A DNA stretch of 64,000 nucleotides. Source: a virus (taxonomy: Duplodnaviria > Heunggongvirae > Uroviricota > Caudoviricetes). The DNA lies in the IMG/VR virus record IMGVR_UViG_3300031867_000007, positions 64,001 to 128,000 of that record. One strand, written 5' to 3'. Made by a program: the position numbers and the translations under genes. Under the pieces are notes generated by a model that saw nothing but the letters and a program-made list of their open reading frames with translations, searched no databases and was not told the origin of the DNA. Below, in pieces: positions 1-10,860 of this stretch. The number at the start of each line of letters is the position of its first letter. Within the stretch, counting starts at the first letter, position 1.

Positions 1-168
1 ATTGATAACATCTCAGTTGAAGAGCTCCGAAGCCGTGGTTTCCGCGTTCATCTTTTTTCAGGAGATATAGATGATTATGGTAATTTTTATCAAGGTTTTA
101 TAAAAATTAGTTGGAAACCAACTTTATGGGATAAAATTGTAAAAATATTTTTTAAAGGGAGTAGATAA
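1..168 (+). CDS. 3' end of hypothetical protein (partial)
   Basis: Frame 1 open from the window edge to TAA at 166-168. Confidence 0.5.
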   Translation: MDNISVEELRSRGFRVHLFSGDIDDYGNFYQGFIKISWKPTLWDKIVKIFFKGSR

Positions 169-255
169 AAAATAATTTTTTCGATTAGAAGAAAAAGAAA
201 AAAATAGTTGGAGGATGAGATAGTCATGATGGGCTGGTTGGAGGTGAAGGATTAG

Positions 256-516
256 ATGAATAAAAAAGATAAAGAATTGATAATAGATTTGTTATTTGAT
301 AAATATAAAGAAACTAGAGACTTGAAAATATTAGATTTAATGAAAAAAGTAGGAGAGCTTAATTTTACAATAAATCATCTCATTATGAGAAATACTAATA
401 TAATAACTGATGAAACTATAAATTTTGATGACCTGTCTTATGAAGAACTTGACTTATCAGATACGTGTATAGAAATAAAAAATAGGAAAATAAAAGTTAC
501 AGAAAAAGAAAAATAG
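256..516 (+). CDS. hypothetical protein
   Basis: ORF track; GAGGTGAAGG upstream. Confidence 0.6.
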   Translation: MNKKDKELIIDLLFDKYKETRDLKILDLMKKVGELNFTINHLIMRNTNIITDETINFDDLSYEELDLSDTCIEIKNRKIKVTEKEK

Positions 517-658
517 AGAATTATTTTTTATATATTTTTTCGTAATAAAAAATGGAAAAAATTTTTGGAGGATGAGATGTCGTGGGAAAGCCGATTTGCT
601 CTTCCCTCCCTCAGATTTCCCGAAACTATACCCCCGTTAGTGGATTATTTTTTGCAAT

Positions 659-674
659 AGTTGCACGTGAAACA
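659..674. promoter_or_regulatory. parS-like site (imperfect)
   Basis: AGTTGCACGTGAAACA vs Bacillus parS consensus TGTTNCACGTGAAACA. Confidence 0.55.
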
Positions 675-849
675 TTTTCAACACACCTCTCTACTTTTTA
701 TCCATGGTGGTTAATTTACATAATAATTTGACAACTATTGTAACACAATTGTAATAATTTTGTAATGAAAATGTAATAAAAAACTATTGACAAACTTTTT
801 CTTTGGGTGTATAATGTATTTAATAAATAAAGAAAAGGAGTTGATTTTT

Positions 850-1134
850 ATGATATTAAAAGTTGAGGAGAAAAAAATTGATTTAGGAGTTGGACTAATT
901 GAAGGAGAGCACACAGTAAGAGAAAAAGCAGAATGGGTTAATATAGTAGATAGTTGCTTGGAGAGAGTAATAACTGAAATACCAGCAACTTGGATATGCG
1001 AAAAAAATGACACTACACAAGAAATAGAGTTCCACACGATATTGCATTTTGAAAATAACATTGATATTGAGTTTGTACCATTTGGCAACACCGCAGACAA
1101 TGACAAGCTAATTGATTATCTACTTACTTTATAA
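850..1134 (+). CDS. hypothetical protein
   Basis: TTGACA-N17-TATAAT promoter and AAGGAG RBS before ATG 850. Confidence 0.7.
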   Translation: MILKVEEKKIDLGVGLIEGEHTVREKAEWVNIVDSCLERVITEIPATWICEKNDTTQEIEFHTILHFENNIDIEFVPFGNTADNDKLIDYLLTL

Positions 1135-1255
1135 AGTAAGTAGATATTATTATTATTATTATTATAAATAGAATATATTTTTATTTTATTATTGATTTTT
1201 ATTTATTTATATGATATAATCTTTAATAGATAAAGAGAAAGGAAAGTGATTTTAT

Positions 1256-1540
1256 ATGAAATTACAATTTACATTATTTGCAACAAATGGATTATATAGA
1301 CCAATTAGCACAATTATTGATGTTGATAATATGCAAGACTACAAGGAACATAAAGCTATATACCAAAAGAAAGCAATAGAGAATATATGTCATAATAGAA
1401 GAACAGATTGGGAAACTTTGAAAAGACAAACGTATATTTCTGTTAAGGTTAGAGAATATGACATTGAAAAAATAGATAAGCAAAGTAAAATTAACCTAAT
1501 CAAAAAAATTGCGGAGAGCTATAAAAGTAAGGTTGATTAG
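1256..1540 (+). CDS. hypothetical protein
   Basis: ORF with promoter and RBS. Confidence 0.7.
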   Translation: MKLQFTLFATNGLYRPISTIIDVDNMQDYKEHKAIYQKKAIENICHNRRTDWETLKRQTYISVKVREYDIEKIDKQSKINLIKKIAESYKSKVD

Positions 1541-1581
1541 TTCAACCTTACTATATGACAAGAAAAGAGGGAAAAACTTAT

Positions 1582-2277
1582 ATGAAAATAGATAAAAGAA
1601 AATCTTACTACTTAATTTTAGATGTAGAAACAACTAACAATCAAATGAATAGTAAATATAATGATGGACTTGTATATGACATAGGTTTTGTTATATGTGA
1701 TAAAAATGGAAATATATATGCAAAGAGAAGTTTTGCAATTAAAGACATATTCGATTGGAAAGAACTTATGTCAACGGCATACTATAAGAATAAACTACCA
1801 AAGTATTATGAAAAATTAGCAAAAAATCAAATGGAAAAAATTACAATTTGGGAAGCTAGAAAAAGAATACACAAAGCTATGGAATATTTTAATATAACAG
1901 AAGTGTATGCTTATAATGCAAACTTTGATTATACTACATTAAATAATACAGTTAGATATTTAAGCGGAAGTGCTTGTCGTTGGTTCTTTCCATATGGAAC
2001 AATAATTTGTGATATTTGGCATATTGCTTGTCAAGTGTTAGGAACTCAAAAGACTTTTCAATGGGAAAATATAAGAAATGCAAATCATAATTTAATAACA
2101 AATGCAGAAAGAATGTTCAGCTATTGTGAACAAATAGACTTTGAAGAAGAACACACAGGACTAGCAGACGCAATAGTTGAAAGTCAAATTTTAGCAAGAT
2201 GTTTTAAAAGTCATAAATCTATTGATAAAAAAATAAATAAGGCTTGTTGGAGAATATGTCAACAAGCCATAGCCTAA
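1582..2277 (+). CDS. DEDDh 3'-5' exonuclease
   Basis: LDVET, AYNANFD and HTGLAD motifs. Confidence 0.85.
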   Translation: MKIDKRKSYYLILDVETTNNQMNSKYNDGLVYDIGFVICDKNGNIYAKRSFAIKDIFDWKELMSTAYYKNKLPKYYEKLAKNQMEKITIWEARKRIHKAMEYFNITEVYAYNANFDYTTLNNTVRYLSGSACRWFFPYGTIICDIWHIACQVLGTQKTFQWENIRNANHNLITNAERMFSYCEQIDFEEEHTGLADAIVESQILARCFKSHKSIDKKINKACWRICQQAIA

Positions 2278-2466
2278 GGCTATTAAAGGGAGGTTTACAT
2301 AATGCCAAAAATGACTCAAGATGATCTAGTTGTAGAGTTATGGGAAAGTTTATATAATCCTACTTATAAAGAAGGGAAAAATTTTTTAGAAATTTTAGAA
2401 AAAGTATTGACAAATAATAAATAAAATATTATAATATTATTAGAATAAAGAAAGGGGAAATATAAA

Positions 2467-2715
2467 ATGAATATTTTACAAGTTATTAAAGTTGTTGAGT
2501 TATTAGAATTAGAATATAGAACAGAAGAACTAGAAACAAATATTTCTTATTTAGAAGTAGTTTTGGGTTATGGTAACTATGATGAAGAAATTACAAAAAC
2601 TATTTATTTTAATCCAAAAACTGGTTTGATCATTCCTAAGTATGAAGAAAAATTGAAAATTAAGAAGCAAATAAAGGAACTACAAGAAGAATTAAAAAAA
2701 CTTGAAGAAATTTAA
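2467..2715 (+). CDS. hypothetical protein
   Basis: ORF with sigma70-type promoter and RBS. Confidence 0.7.
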   Translation: MNILQVIKVVELLELEYRTEELETNISYLEVVLGYGNYDEEITKTIYFNPKTGLIIPKYEEKLKIKKQIKELQEELKKLEEI

Positions 2716-2963
2716 TAAAAGGGCTTGACAAAAGCCCTAGTCTATGTTATGATAATTATTTAAAGGTTCACAGGTGCTGACGAAAGCTCCGCTTGTGGGC
2801 TTTTCTTTTTTGCATAATTCAATAGTAAAGTTATTATGTAAACAGGCGGCGGGCTTCGGTCAAAGCTCCTAAAACCCCGCAAAATATTTGACTGTCTATA
2901 AAAATTTTGATATAATATAAATATACAAAAAGAGAAATATTAAAGAAAGGAAAATGAAACGTT

Positions 2964-3158
2964 ATGACAATCTATGTTTTAATCGCTAGTGATAAAACAA
3001 TAGGCGGTGTTTATTCTAACAAAAGCAAGCTAATACAAGACCTTACAACTGTTCTTGCGGCTACCGCAATTGACCATGTTGAAACATGGGACGTTGATTC
3101 AGGTTTTATAGATTATTTAAAAGTTAGTAAAACAACAACAGTCACTATTGAAAACTAG
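2964..3158 (+). CDS. hypothetical protein
   Basis: ORF with promoter and RBS. Confidence 0.65.
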   Translation: MTIYVLIASDKTIGGVYSNKSKLIQDLTTVLAATAIDHVETWDVDSGFIDYLKVSKTTTVTIEN

Positions 3159-3279
3159 TGAACACCAATACGCATTGACTACCGAAAATGGTCATGCGGG
3201 TGTCGTTTCAATTTTATCCAGATCCTCTCAAGATTTTGCCGCGCAAAAATTCAAATTTGCGTGGCTCTATTTTTTGCCT

Positions 3280-3620
3280 GAAATTGCTCGGCGGCTCGCT
3301 TGCGTCTGTGGCGAGCCGAGTTTACATAATAAGTTGACCTTTGGTGTTATGTAAACCGAACAAGCGTTCATTACGCTCTATGACCAACTCCTGAAACCCG
3401 CTTCTCTCTAAGGTTACAGCGTGAAACACCTGGATGCGTTGAAGCATCGCCGCAAGTTTACATAATCTATTTGCAAGAATGTTTCACGTGAAACAAATTA
3501 GATTAGAAATGTTTCATGTGAAACCTGGTAAGGTTTACATAATCTCTTAACTTTGACATTACAATACATCTTGTAAATCAAATGTATTTACTTGTCAAAG
3601 TTTACATAATCTCTTACAAA
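3280..3620. repeat. non-coding module 1: GC hairpin, GTTTACATAAT iterations, parS-like sites
   Basis: CGGCTCGC..GCGAGCCG hairpin about 3291-3318; GTTTACATAAT copies near 3319, 3456, 3533, 3600; TGTTTCACGTGAAACA at 3480-3495. Confidence 0.8.
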
Positions 3621-3703
3621 TAATGTAATATAAATGTAATATTTTTATTATTGACTTGTAATATTTTAAATGATATAATAATACTAGAAATAAAGAAAAG
3701 GAG

Positions 3704-4159
3704 TTGATACAAATGAATATTATTAGAAATTTAAAAATAAAAAGAATAATAAAAAAGATTGATAAAAATATAAAAGTAAAATTTGGTAAAAGACTAGAGT
3801 GTTCTCCTGAAGATAATACAATTTACATAGCTTATAAAACAAATGAAATTGATAAAAAAACTTTTATGGACTTTGTAAAAGAATTAAATCCACAATGTAA
3901 TTATGATGATATTACACTTGGAATATTACACGAAATAGGTCATTGCATGACTTACGATGAAGAAATGGAGGAGGATTATACAACTTGTGTAAATGTATTA
4001 AGTGAACTATACAAAAATAAAAAGATAAATGAAACACAATTCAACGAATTTTATATAAGATTAGATTTAGAAAAAAATGCTACTGAATGGGCTGTTGACT
4101 TTGCAAGAAATAATCCAAAAATTACCAATAAGCTAGCGATGGCAGTGGGGGTTATGTAA
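3704..4159 (+). CDS. putative zinc metallopeptidase (HEXXH)
   Basis: ILHEIGH motif with a downstream E..A. Confidence 0.65.
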   Translation: MIQMNIIRNLKIKRIIKKIDKNIKVKFGKRLECSPEDNTIYIAYKTNEIDKKTFMDFVKELNPQCNYDDITLGILHEIGHCMTYDEEMEEDYTTCVNVLSELYKNKKINETQFNEFYIRLDLEKNATEWAVDFARNNPKITNKLAMAVGVM

Positions 4160-4258
4160 ATTCCCTTGCTAAAATAAAAAATATTAAAAAAACTATTGAC
4201 AAGTAAAAACAAATAGTGTATAATGTATTTAGAAATAAGAAAAAAGGAGTTGAAAAAA

Positions 4259-4444
4259 ATGAAAAAAAAGTTTTTATATATATTAAAATCAATACTTGAA
4301 ATATTACTTTTTACAATAATATTATTTAATTGTATAGTTTTTATAGGCTTAATGGCTGAATGGGCTAGTCAATGTGTATTTACTATGATAACGTTTTTTA
4401 TTATGATTTTATTTTTAGCTTATTTAATTTTTGTAAATTTTTAA
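4259..4444 (+). CDS. small membrane protein
   Basis: Two hydrophobic segments; AAGGAG RBS. Confidence 0.6.
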   Translation: MKKKFLYILKSILEILLFTIILFNCIVFIGLMAEWASQCVFTMITFFIMILFLAYLIFVNF

Positions 4445-4506
4445 TAAAAAACTATTGACAACAAAAAACTTATAGTGTATAATAGCAAATGTAGGGAGGT
4501 GAAAAA

Positions 4507-4830
4507 ATGCAAACATTATACATTTTACAAAATGGAAATACAAATCAATACAAAATTGGAATAACGAATAATCTAAATAGAAGATTGCAACAATTACAAA
4601 CAGGTTGCCCATTTGAATTAAAAATTGTAAAAATCTGGACGCATTACAATAGAAAAATAATTGAAAAGTATGAAAGAGTTTTACATAGATATTTTACCAA
4701 ATGCGGTTGTAGAATAAGAGAGAATGGCGAATGGTTTATTTTAAGAGTTCCAGATATAAACTATTTATGTAAACCACAAAGTATAGCTCAACAAAATGAA
4801 CTTATAGAAAATTTATTAAAAATGTTATAA
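4507..4830 (+). CDS. GIY-YIG family nuclease (T5orf172/MUG113-like)
   Basis: YKIGIT..RRLQQLQTGCP..E..LH..GEWF. Confidence 0.85.
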   Translation: MQTLYILQNGNTNQYKIGITNNLNRRLQQLQTGCPFELKIVKIWTHYNRKIIEKYERVLHRYFTKCGCRIRENGEWFILRVPDINYLCKPQSIAQQNELIENLLKML

Positions 4831-4870
4831 TAAGTATAGAAAAAGAAGAAAAGAAAGGAATTGATAAATT

Positions 4871-5089
4871 ATGAGAATATTAATAACAAAAGCTAGTGAT
4901 GATGATTTTCAAGAAATAAGAGAAAATCAAAGTGCTCAAGATATGCTTAATTTAATGAATGAATTTAATAAAAGAATTATAATTAGAAAAGGCGGATTTG
5001 TTTTTACTAATGAAGTTAAAAACGAAAATAGAATAATAGATAAAAATTTTGACTATACAGTTACAATTTATGATAGCTATATAGAATAA
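4871..5089 (+). CDS. hypothetical protein
   Basis: ORF with RBS. Confidence 0.65.
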   Translation: MRILITKASDDDFQEIRENQSAQDMLNLMNEFNKRIIIRKGGFVFTNEVKNENRIIDKNFDYTVTIYDSYIE

Positions 5090-5169
5090 GTAAATTAGGA
5101 AGAGATAAAAACCACACTAGAAACTCTTGGAAGGTGGTCATAAAAAATAATAAAAAGAAAGGTTAAAAG

Positions 5170-5553
5170 GTGATGACTATGGCAAACAAAAAAGTTAAAA
5201 GAGATTATTTCATGGAGATTAGAGAAATTGTAAAAGATAATACTGAATTGGTAGCATTCATAGACCACGAATTAGAATTAATAGCCCGTAAAAACACAGG
5301 AAATACACAAACAAAAGTACAGAAGGAAAATGCAACAGTAGCTGAAATGCTATTAGAAGAGTTAGCAAAAGCTGGAAAAACTACTATAACAGATTTAATG
5401 AACACAAGCGAAGTAATTCAAAACTACATACTAGAAAATGGAAACAAGCTAACAAACCAAAAAATTAGTGCAATTTTCAAACAACAAGTTGACGCAGGAA
5501 ACATTACAAAAATAGTTGAAAAGAAAAAAAGCTATTTTGCGATAGCTGAATAG
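5170..5553 (+). CDS. putative winged-helix protein, paralog family A
   Basis: Shares KRDYF..HELEL..TNQKISA..KKKSYF with 6402, 11114 and 40503. Confidence 0.75.
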   Translation: MMTMANKKVKRDYFMEIREIVKDNTELVAFIDHELELIARKNTGNTQTKVQKENATVAEMLLEELAKAGKTTITDLMNTSEVIQNYILENGNKLTNQKISAIFKQQVDAGNITKIVEKKKSYFAIAE

Positions 5554-5579
5554 TTAAAGACTTGACATTATGTCAAGTC

Positions 5580-5930
5580 TTTTTTATTATGTAAAATTGT
5601 TTCACGTGAAACAATATTATCAAGATATTATGTAAACCAGCCGCCAAAACCTGGAAAGCCTAGAAAGAGTAAGTATTCCTGGATTTCATTTTCAAAAGCT
5701 AAAATGTATTATGTAAAGTGCGGCAATGGGTTACATAATCAGCAGTTACCGCAATTATGTTAACCAAACACTTGGTCGGCTCGCGGTGGCGCGTCGCGAG
5801 CCGAGTTTACATAATAAGTTTACATAAGCAATTTTTGTTCGCCAAACACCTGTTTAGTTTACATAATCTTTATTCCCATAACCGCACCAATGTTTCACAT
5901 GAAACCTTTAGGTTTACATAATCTCTTGAC
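5580..5930. repeat. non-coding module 2: parS-like sites, GC hairpin, GTTTACATAAT iterations
   Basis: TGTTTCACGTGAAACA 5598-5613; TCGGCTCGCG..CGCGAGCCGA about 5775-5804; several TTTACATAA copies on both strands. Confidence 0.8.
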
Positions 5931-6401
5931 AATCTGAGCCTCAAAAATTTTTTAAAAAAACTATTGACAATTATTTTATCATATGATATAATATTTATAA
6001 ATCAGGAGGGAACACAAAACAAATTCTAAAAATAAAACTAAAAAAGACTCTTGACAAACATTTTAATAAATGTTATAATATAAATATAGAAAGGGAAGTG
6101 ATTAAAAAATGAATATTAAAAAACAATACAAAAAATTAAAAATGATAATAAAACAAAATGATAGAATGATAAAAAGGGGTAAAAAAGCCTTAGAAAAATG
6201 GCAACACCCTTACACAATAGAAGAGTATCAAAATGCTGTTGCTTGGAGTTATAATTTAAAAATAAATGATTTAGAAATTTTTTTATAAAAGCTATTGACA
6301 ATTAAATAACAAAATGTTATAATAAATATAACAAAAGGGAAAGGTAAAAACTTGATAATAACTTTCGGAAGCAAGTCATATAAAAAATAAAATTTTGAAA
6401 G

Positions 6402-6803
6402 GTGGAATGTATTATGGAAAACAAAAAAATAACAAAAAGAGATTATTTCGAAATGATTAAAGGTATATGCGGAGATAATCAAGACATTGTAAACTTCTGC
6501 AACCACGAAATCGAATTATTAGAAAAGAAAAGCTCAAAAAGCGGAAGTGCAAAAAATCAAGCACAATTAGAAGAAATTACTAAAATGTTAGTTGAAGAAT
6601 TAGCAAAATGCGAAAAACCAAAAACAATATCTGATTTAATGGCATCAAGCGAAGTTATAAGAAATTATACCTATGTTGACGGAAAAGAGACCAAAAGCTT
6701 AACAAACCAAAAAATTAGTGCAATATTCAAACAATTAGTTGACAATAAGGAACTTATCAAAGTGACAGAAAAGAAAAAATCATATTTTTCAATAGCTGAA
6801 TAG
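6402..6803 (+). CDS. putative winged-helix protein, paralog family A
   Basis: Similar to 5170..5553. Confidence 0.75.
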   Translation: MECIMENKKITKRDYFEMIKGICGDNQDIVNFCNHEIELLEKKSSKSGSAKNQAQLEEITKMLVEELAKCEKPKTISDLMASSEVIRNYTYVDGKETKSLTNQKISAIFKQLVDNKELIKVTEKKKSYFSIAE

Positions 6804-6840
6804 CTAAAGGGCGGTTGTAAATAAACCGCAACCGCCCAAA

Positions 6841-7027
6841 TTAAATAGTCTACTTTATGTAGCCTTTAACCTTTGAGCCACTTGCTAGGTGTGGGGCTAC
6901 GGTTGAAGGTAGCAATAGACCTAAGCACTTATAAAAAGGGATAGACAAGTCCCATAGGAACGCACGAGGAATTAAGGCAAATTCTAGATAATGCCGAAAT
7001 AAAGGTTACATAAAGTAGATTATTTAA
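6841..7027 (+). ncRNA. candidate structured RNA
   Basis: About 27-bp closing stem with G-U pairs (6841-6867 with 7001-7027) around a GC-richer core. Confidence 0.45.
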
Positions 7028-7103
7028 TTAAAAAAATTTTTCAAAAAACTATTGACAATTAAAATTTAATCTGATATAATTATTATAACAAAAGGAAAGA
7101 GAG

Positions 7104-7538
7104 TTGATAATTATGGAGAATTATAAAGTTAATGGAAAATATTATGAAATAACTTTATCTACTGGTAAAATTGTAAAATGTGAAAAAGAGTGGGCTGAAA
7201 AGTCAATGAAATCGCTAGATACAGACCTTGAAGATGTGCTTTTAATGTGGCTAGAAGATGAAGGTTACATAATCAACGAAGAGCAAGAGGAATTAGACAA
7301 GAAAGCCAAAGGAGTTGTTAAGCCAAAAGCTGGAGATAAAACACAACGCAAAACAAGAGAAAAAGTCCAAAAAGAAAATCCTACAAAAGAGCTAATCATC
7401 GCGGAAATAGCCAAAACCCTCCAGAATCTAGGTGTTAATAACTTAAAAATAGAAAATAAAGCAAAATTAATTACTTTTGATTATGTAAATGAGAGTTTTA
7501 AGGTTGATTTAATACAAAAGAGAAAGCCTAAAGCATAA
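7104..7538 (+). CDS. hypothetical protein, paralog family B
   Basis: Similar to 10408..10860 (NEEQEEL..KENPTKE..ESFK.DLIQ). Confidence 0.75.
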   Translation: MIIMENYKVNGKYYEITLSTGKIVKCEKEWAEKSMKSLDTDLEDVLLMWLEDEGYIINEEQEELDKKAKGVVKPKAGDKTQRKTREKVQKENPTKELIIAEIAKTLQNLGVNNLKIENKAKLITFDYVNESFKVDLIQKRKPKA

Positions 7539-7589
7539 TTTTAGGCTTTTTTCACATTTTTTTGCTAATATTTTTAAATTGAGAGCCAT

Positions 7590-7935
7590 TTTAACGCAAA
7601 GTTTACATAAAAAGCGTAAAAGTCATCAGAAATGATGACTTTTTTCGTCATTTTGTCAATTTATTATGTAAACTGCAACAAAAGCAAGTTATTATGTCAA
7701 CTCTTGTGCGGGTTTACATAATAATTTTACTTTATATGGCGAAAAGCCGAAAACCTTTGTGGCTCTAGGACTTTAAAGGTTTACATAATTCGCCGGCGTG
7801 ACAATGGCCGCAACCACGCCGAATTTTCATTTTGTCAACCCCTTTCCGCAAATTTTTTCAACTTTTTTAGTTTACATAATAACTTAACAATTCCCATAAC
7901 CGCAGTGTAACCTTTAGGTTTACATAATATATTAA
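7590..7935. repeat. non-coding module 3: GTTTACATAAT iterations and GC hairpin
   Basis: Copies near 7601, 7664 (reverse), 7712, 7779, 7870, 7918; CGGCGTG..CACGCCG hairpin. Confidence 0.75.
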
Positions 7936-8594
7936 CAATAGGTAAACATAATAACTTACTTTTGACTTATGTATACATCTTATATATAATATGTATATAA
8001 TTGTCAAACAGAGATAGCCAAATAGAAGCGGATATACCGAAAGCTTTCCTATATGGCCGCCATTGACCCGTAAATCGCCCGGGACCCACTATATGCAAAA
8101 TTTTCGTGGATTTATTTGACTATTGAGAAGCGGATAATTTTCCCATAATAGGTCGAGGCTATTCACACTGCGTGTGAATTAGCACTCGGTTCGTTCATTC
8201 GCTACGCTCATTCACTCACGCAAGAGCATAATAGTAAACATATGATTTATTATTGATAATTTATATTATTTATTATATAATATAATGGGAGAGTATTATT
8301 ATTATATATATTTATATTTCCCCTTTAATTATGCTTTTGCACTGCGTACAACGCAAGTGCATCATATTTTTATAAGACAATCAAATAAAATAAAAAAGAA
8401 GCGGCAATCCGCTTCTTAAACGAGATATAATAACGATGAGGATAAGTAAAGGAAGATAATTCTGGTCCCGATGCCACCACACTACCTCTATTTGCTACCT
8501 CTATTTACAATATTTATAATCTCTATTTATAATTATTTATTATTTTGTTTATTTTTGTTTGAAATTGATACTTTTACTTAACATAGTGATTATT

Positions 8595-8978
8595 TTATTG
8601 CTCTTCCCCATATAATCTTCTATCTTCTTCTTCTCATTCTTTCTCTTTCATCATTATATAACTCATAATTTCTTCAGGCGTATATAATCTCAATTCATTA
8701 GTATTATATTTTGGATGAAAAATATTAATCCATTTTAATACTTTATCATATAGCTCTTTATCTATCTTACTTCCATTAACTCTTTCTAATACAACTATAT
8801 CTTTATCTCATTCCATATCAACTAATAATCCACCCAACTCTTTATTTCCATCCATATCCGCTCTTCACATTCCATCTTCTCCTATACCCACATCAAGCAA
8901 CTCACTCATTTGATAGATATTTATTCATATTATTTCTCTATCTTCATTCATTGCTCCATATATCTCTATATTATCCAT
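8595..8978 (-). CDS. hypothetical protein (4 in-frame TGA)
   Basis: AAAGGAG RBS; 128-codon ORF only if TGA is sense. Confidence 0.65.
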
Positions 8979-9116
8979 ATTATATCTCTCCTTTATATTC
9001 TTCTTAGACAAAATAAGCAAAAGTAATTGAATTTAGACAAAATCTATATTTTGACATCAGCAGTAATATAATATATATACTGGTGATGTCAAGTGCTAAA
9101 AATTGTCTAAATTCAA

Positions 9117-9878
9117 TTAAATTGCAAACCCATTAATATCTGCGGAAGACCCTACACAATATACATCTTCTCCATCACATACATTCTCTTTATGATAAAT
9201 AACTAAATTATTTTCTTGTAACAATTTTTTACTTTCTCTTATATTATATTCAGTTAATCCAGTTAATTGTTTAATATCTTCAACAGTATAAGGCTCTTTG
9301 TTTTTTAAATACATTGCGGCAGCTATTATTTTTGTTAATGGAACTCAATCTTTTTTATGATTAATTTCCGCAATTTCATGACACTTCTTAATAACATCTA
9401 ATTGCAAATCAACTATTTTTTTCTCAGCTTGTCTGCGGAGACCAATAATAAAATAATCATCCGTATCTTGTGCAAATAAAATGTGCCCCTTATTTTTCAA
9501 ATTCTCAATAGCCTGTCTAATAGCCCCTAAATTTGCGGCAGTAGCCCTCTTATCAAGATACCCCGCCAACATTTTATAAGTACCCCTAAATACTAATTCA
9601 GGTTTAGCTAATAAAACTATTAAAATCATAAACTCTCATAATTCTAACCCTATCATTTCTGAATCTACATAAAATAATGTATTTCCTTCTTCTTTATATA
9701 AAGTCATAGCCCTAGTATTATTATCAAGAGACTCTAAATATTCTGCGGAACTGCCTCTACCAACTTTAATTATATTAACCCCGTATTTTTTTAAAATTGT
9801 TTCTTGTGTTCTTTTAAATTTAGTTAAAACACTAGATTGTGCTATATTATATTTACTACATAACTCTTCTAATGACAT
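9117..9878 (-). CDS. putative DNA-binding protein (2 in-frame TGA)
   Basis: Three track ORFs in one frame joined at TGA (ELWEF, KDWVP); HTH-like segments. Confidence 0.7.
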
Positions 9879-10190
9879 ATTAATTACCTCCATTATTATA
9901 TTAAAATTTAGACATCTTTTTTGTCTAGATTTACCCACAAATTTTGTTTATTTTTGTTTGAAATCAATACTTTTACTTAAAATCATGAATAAAATTTTTT
10001 GTCTAAATTTATAAAATAAAGAACTTCGATTTTTTAAGATTTCATCGTACTTACAACAAAAAAGAGCGTCTTTAAAAAACGCCCATTTTTTAACAATATA
10101 AAAAATCTATTCCTCTAGCCCCATATCTTTTCTAATATTCGGAATTATTTTCTCAATTTCCGCGATGTCTACTTCATTATTTCATCAATT

Positions 10191-10415
10191 TTAATCTTCA
10201 TTATCATACCCCGCTGTTTTTATAAAGATTTTAGCAATAGTATTTCTATCATAAAATCTTACTTTTCCCTTTATATCAGTGAAACAAATAGCATTTCCAT
10301 TTAAACTGTCATTTATTTGATCACTAACATCTTTTATACGAAACGAAGATGAGATTGTAAAAATTTCTGGAATAAGATGCAACACTTTAAAAATAATAAT
10401 CCTATATCTATTCAC
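10191..10415 (-). CDS. hypothetical protein
   Basis: ORF overlapping the upstream stop. Confidence 0.6.
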   Translation of the reverse strand: MNRYRIIIFKVLHLIPEIFTISSSFRIKDVSDQINDSLNGNAICFTDIKGKVRFYDRNTIAKIFIKTAGYDNED

Positions 10416-10860
10416 CCTTCTTTTTCCTCCTTTGAATTAAATCTATTTTAAAACTCTCCCCGTTTAAATCAAAAGTAACAATCTTTGTTTTATTCTCGAT
10501 GCGGCAATTGCTTACACCCTCTAATGCGGAAACGCAATTAAATAGCTCTAATATTATACCCTCTTTTGTTGGATTTTCTTTTGGAGCTCTTTCTATTTTC
10601 TTTCTCTCTCTTGTTTTATCTTCAGCTTTATGAATGGTTGCGGTGATGCGATTTTCTTTTGCCTTTTGAGTTAATTCTTCTTGTTCGTCATTTATTTCAT
10701 ATTCTTCGTCTTCTAGATAAGTTAATACAGCTTCGTCCATATCAATATCTAATGCGGAAATCATGCTGTCTAAATAACTTTTCTCAACTCTAACAATTTT
10801 ATCATTATCTAAAGTAATATTAACATATCTACCATTAACTTCATAATTTTTCATACACAT
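10408..10860 (-). CDS. hypothetical protein, paralog family B
   Basis: Similar to 7104..7538. Confidence 0.75.
   Translation of the reverse strand: MCMKNYEVNGRYVNITLDNDKIVRVEKSYLDSMISALDIDMDEAVLTYLEDEEYEINDEQEELTQKAKENRITATIHKAEDKTRERKKIERAPKENPTKEGIILELFNCVSALEGVSNCRIENKTKIVTFDLNGESFKIDLIQRRKKKGE

Noticed and set aside
520..720. Genome terminus or attachment site
   Set aside because: The change in sequence style and a short GGAGGATGAGA repeat are suggestive, but nothing is demonstrable without read data.
2762..2805. Hammerhead ribozyme suggested by CTGACGAAA in a promoter-proximal hairpin
   Set aside because: No three-way junction with separate CUGANGA and GAAA elements; probably a small hairpin RNA or terminator.
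2810..7935. CRISPR array from the GTTTACATAAT repeats
   Set aside because: The repeat is only about 11 bp, occurs in both orientations and is irregularly spaced; no cas genes.
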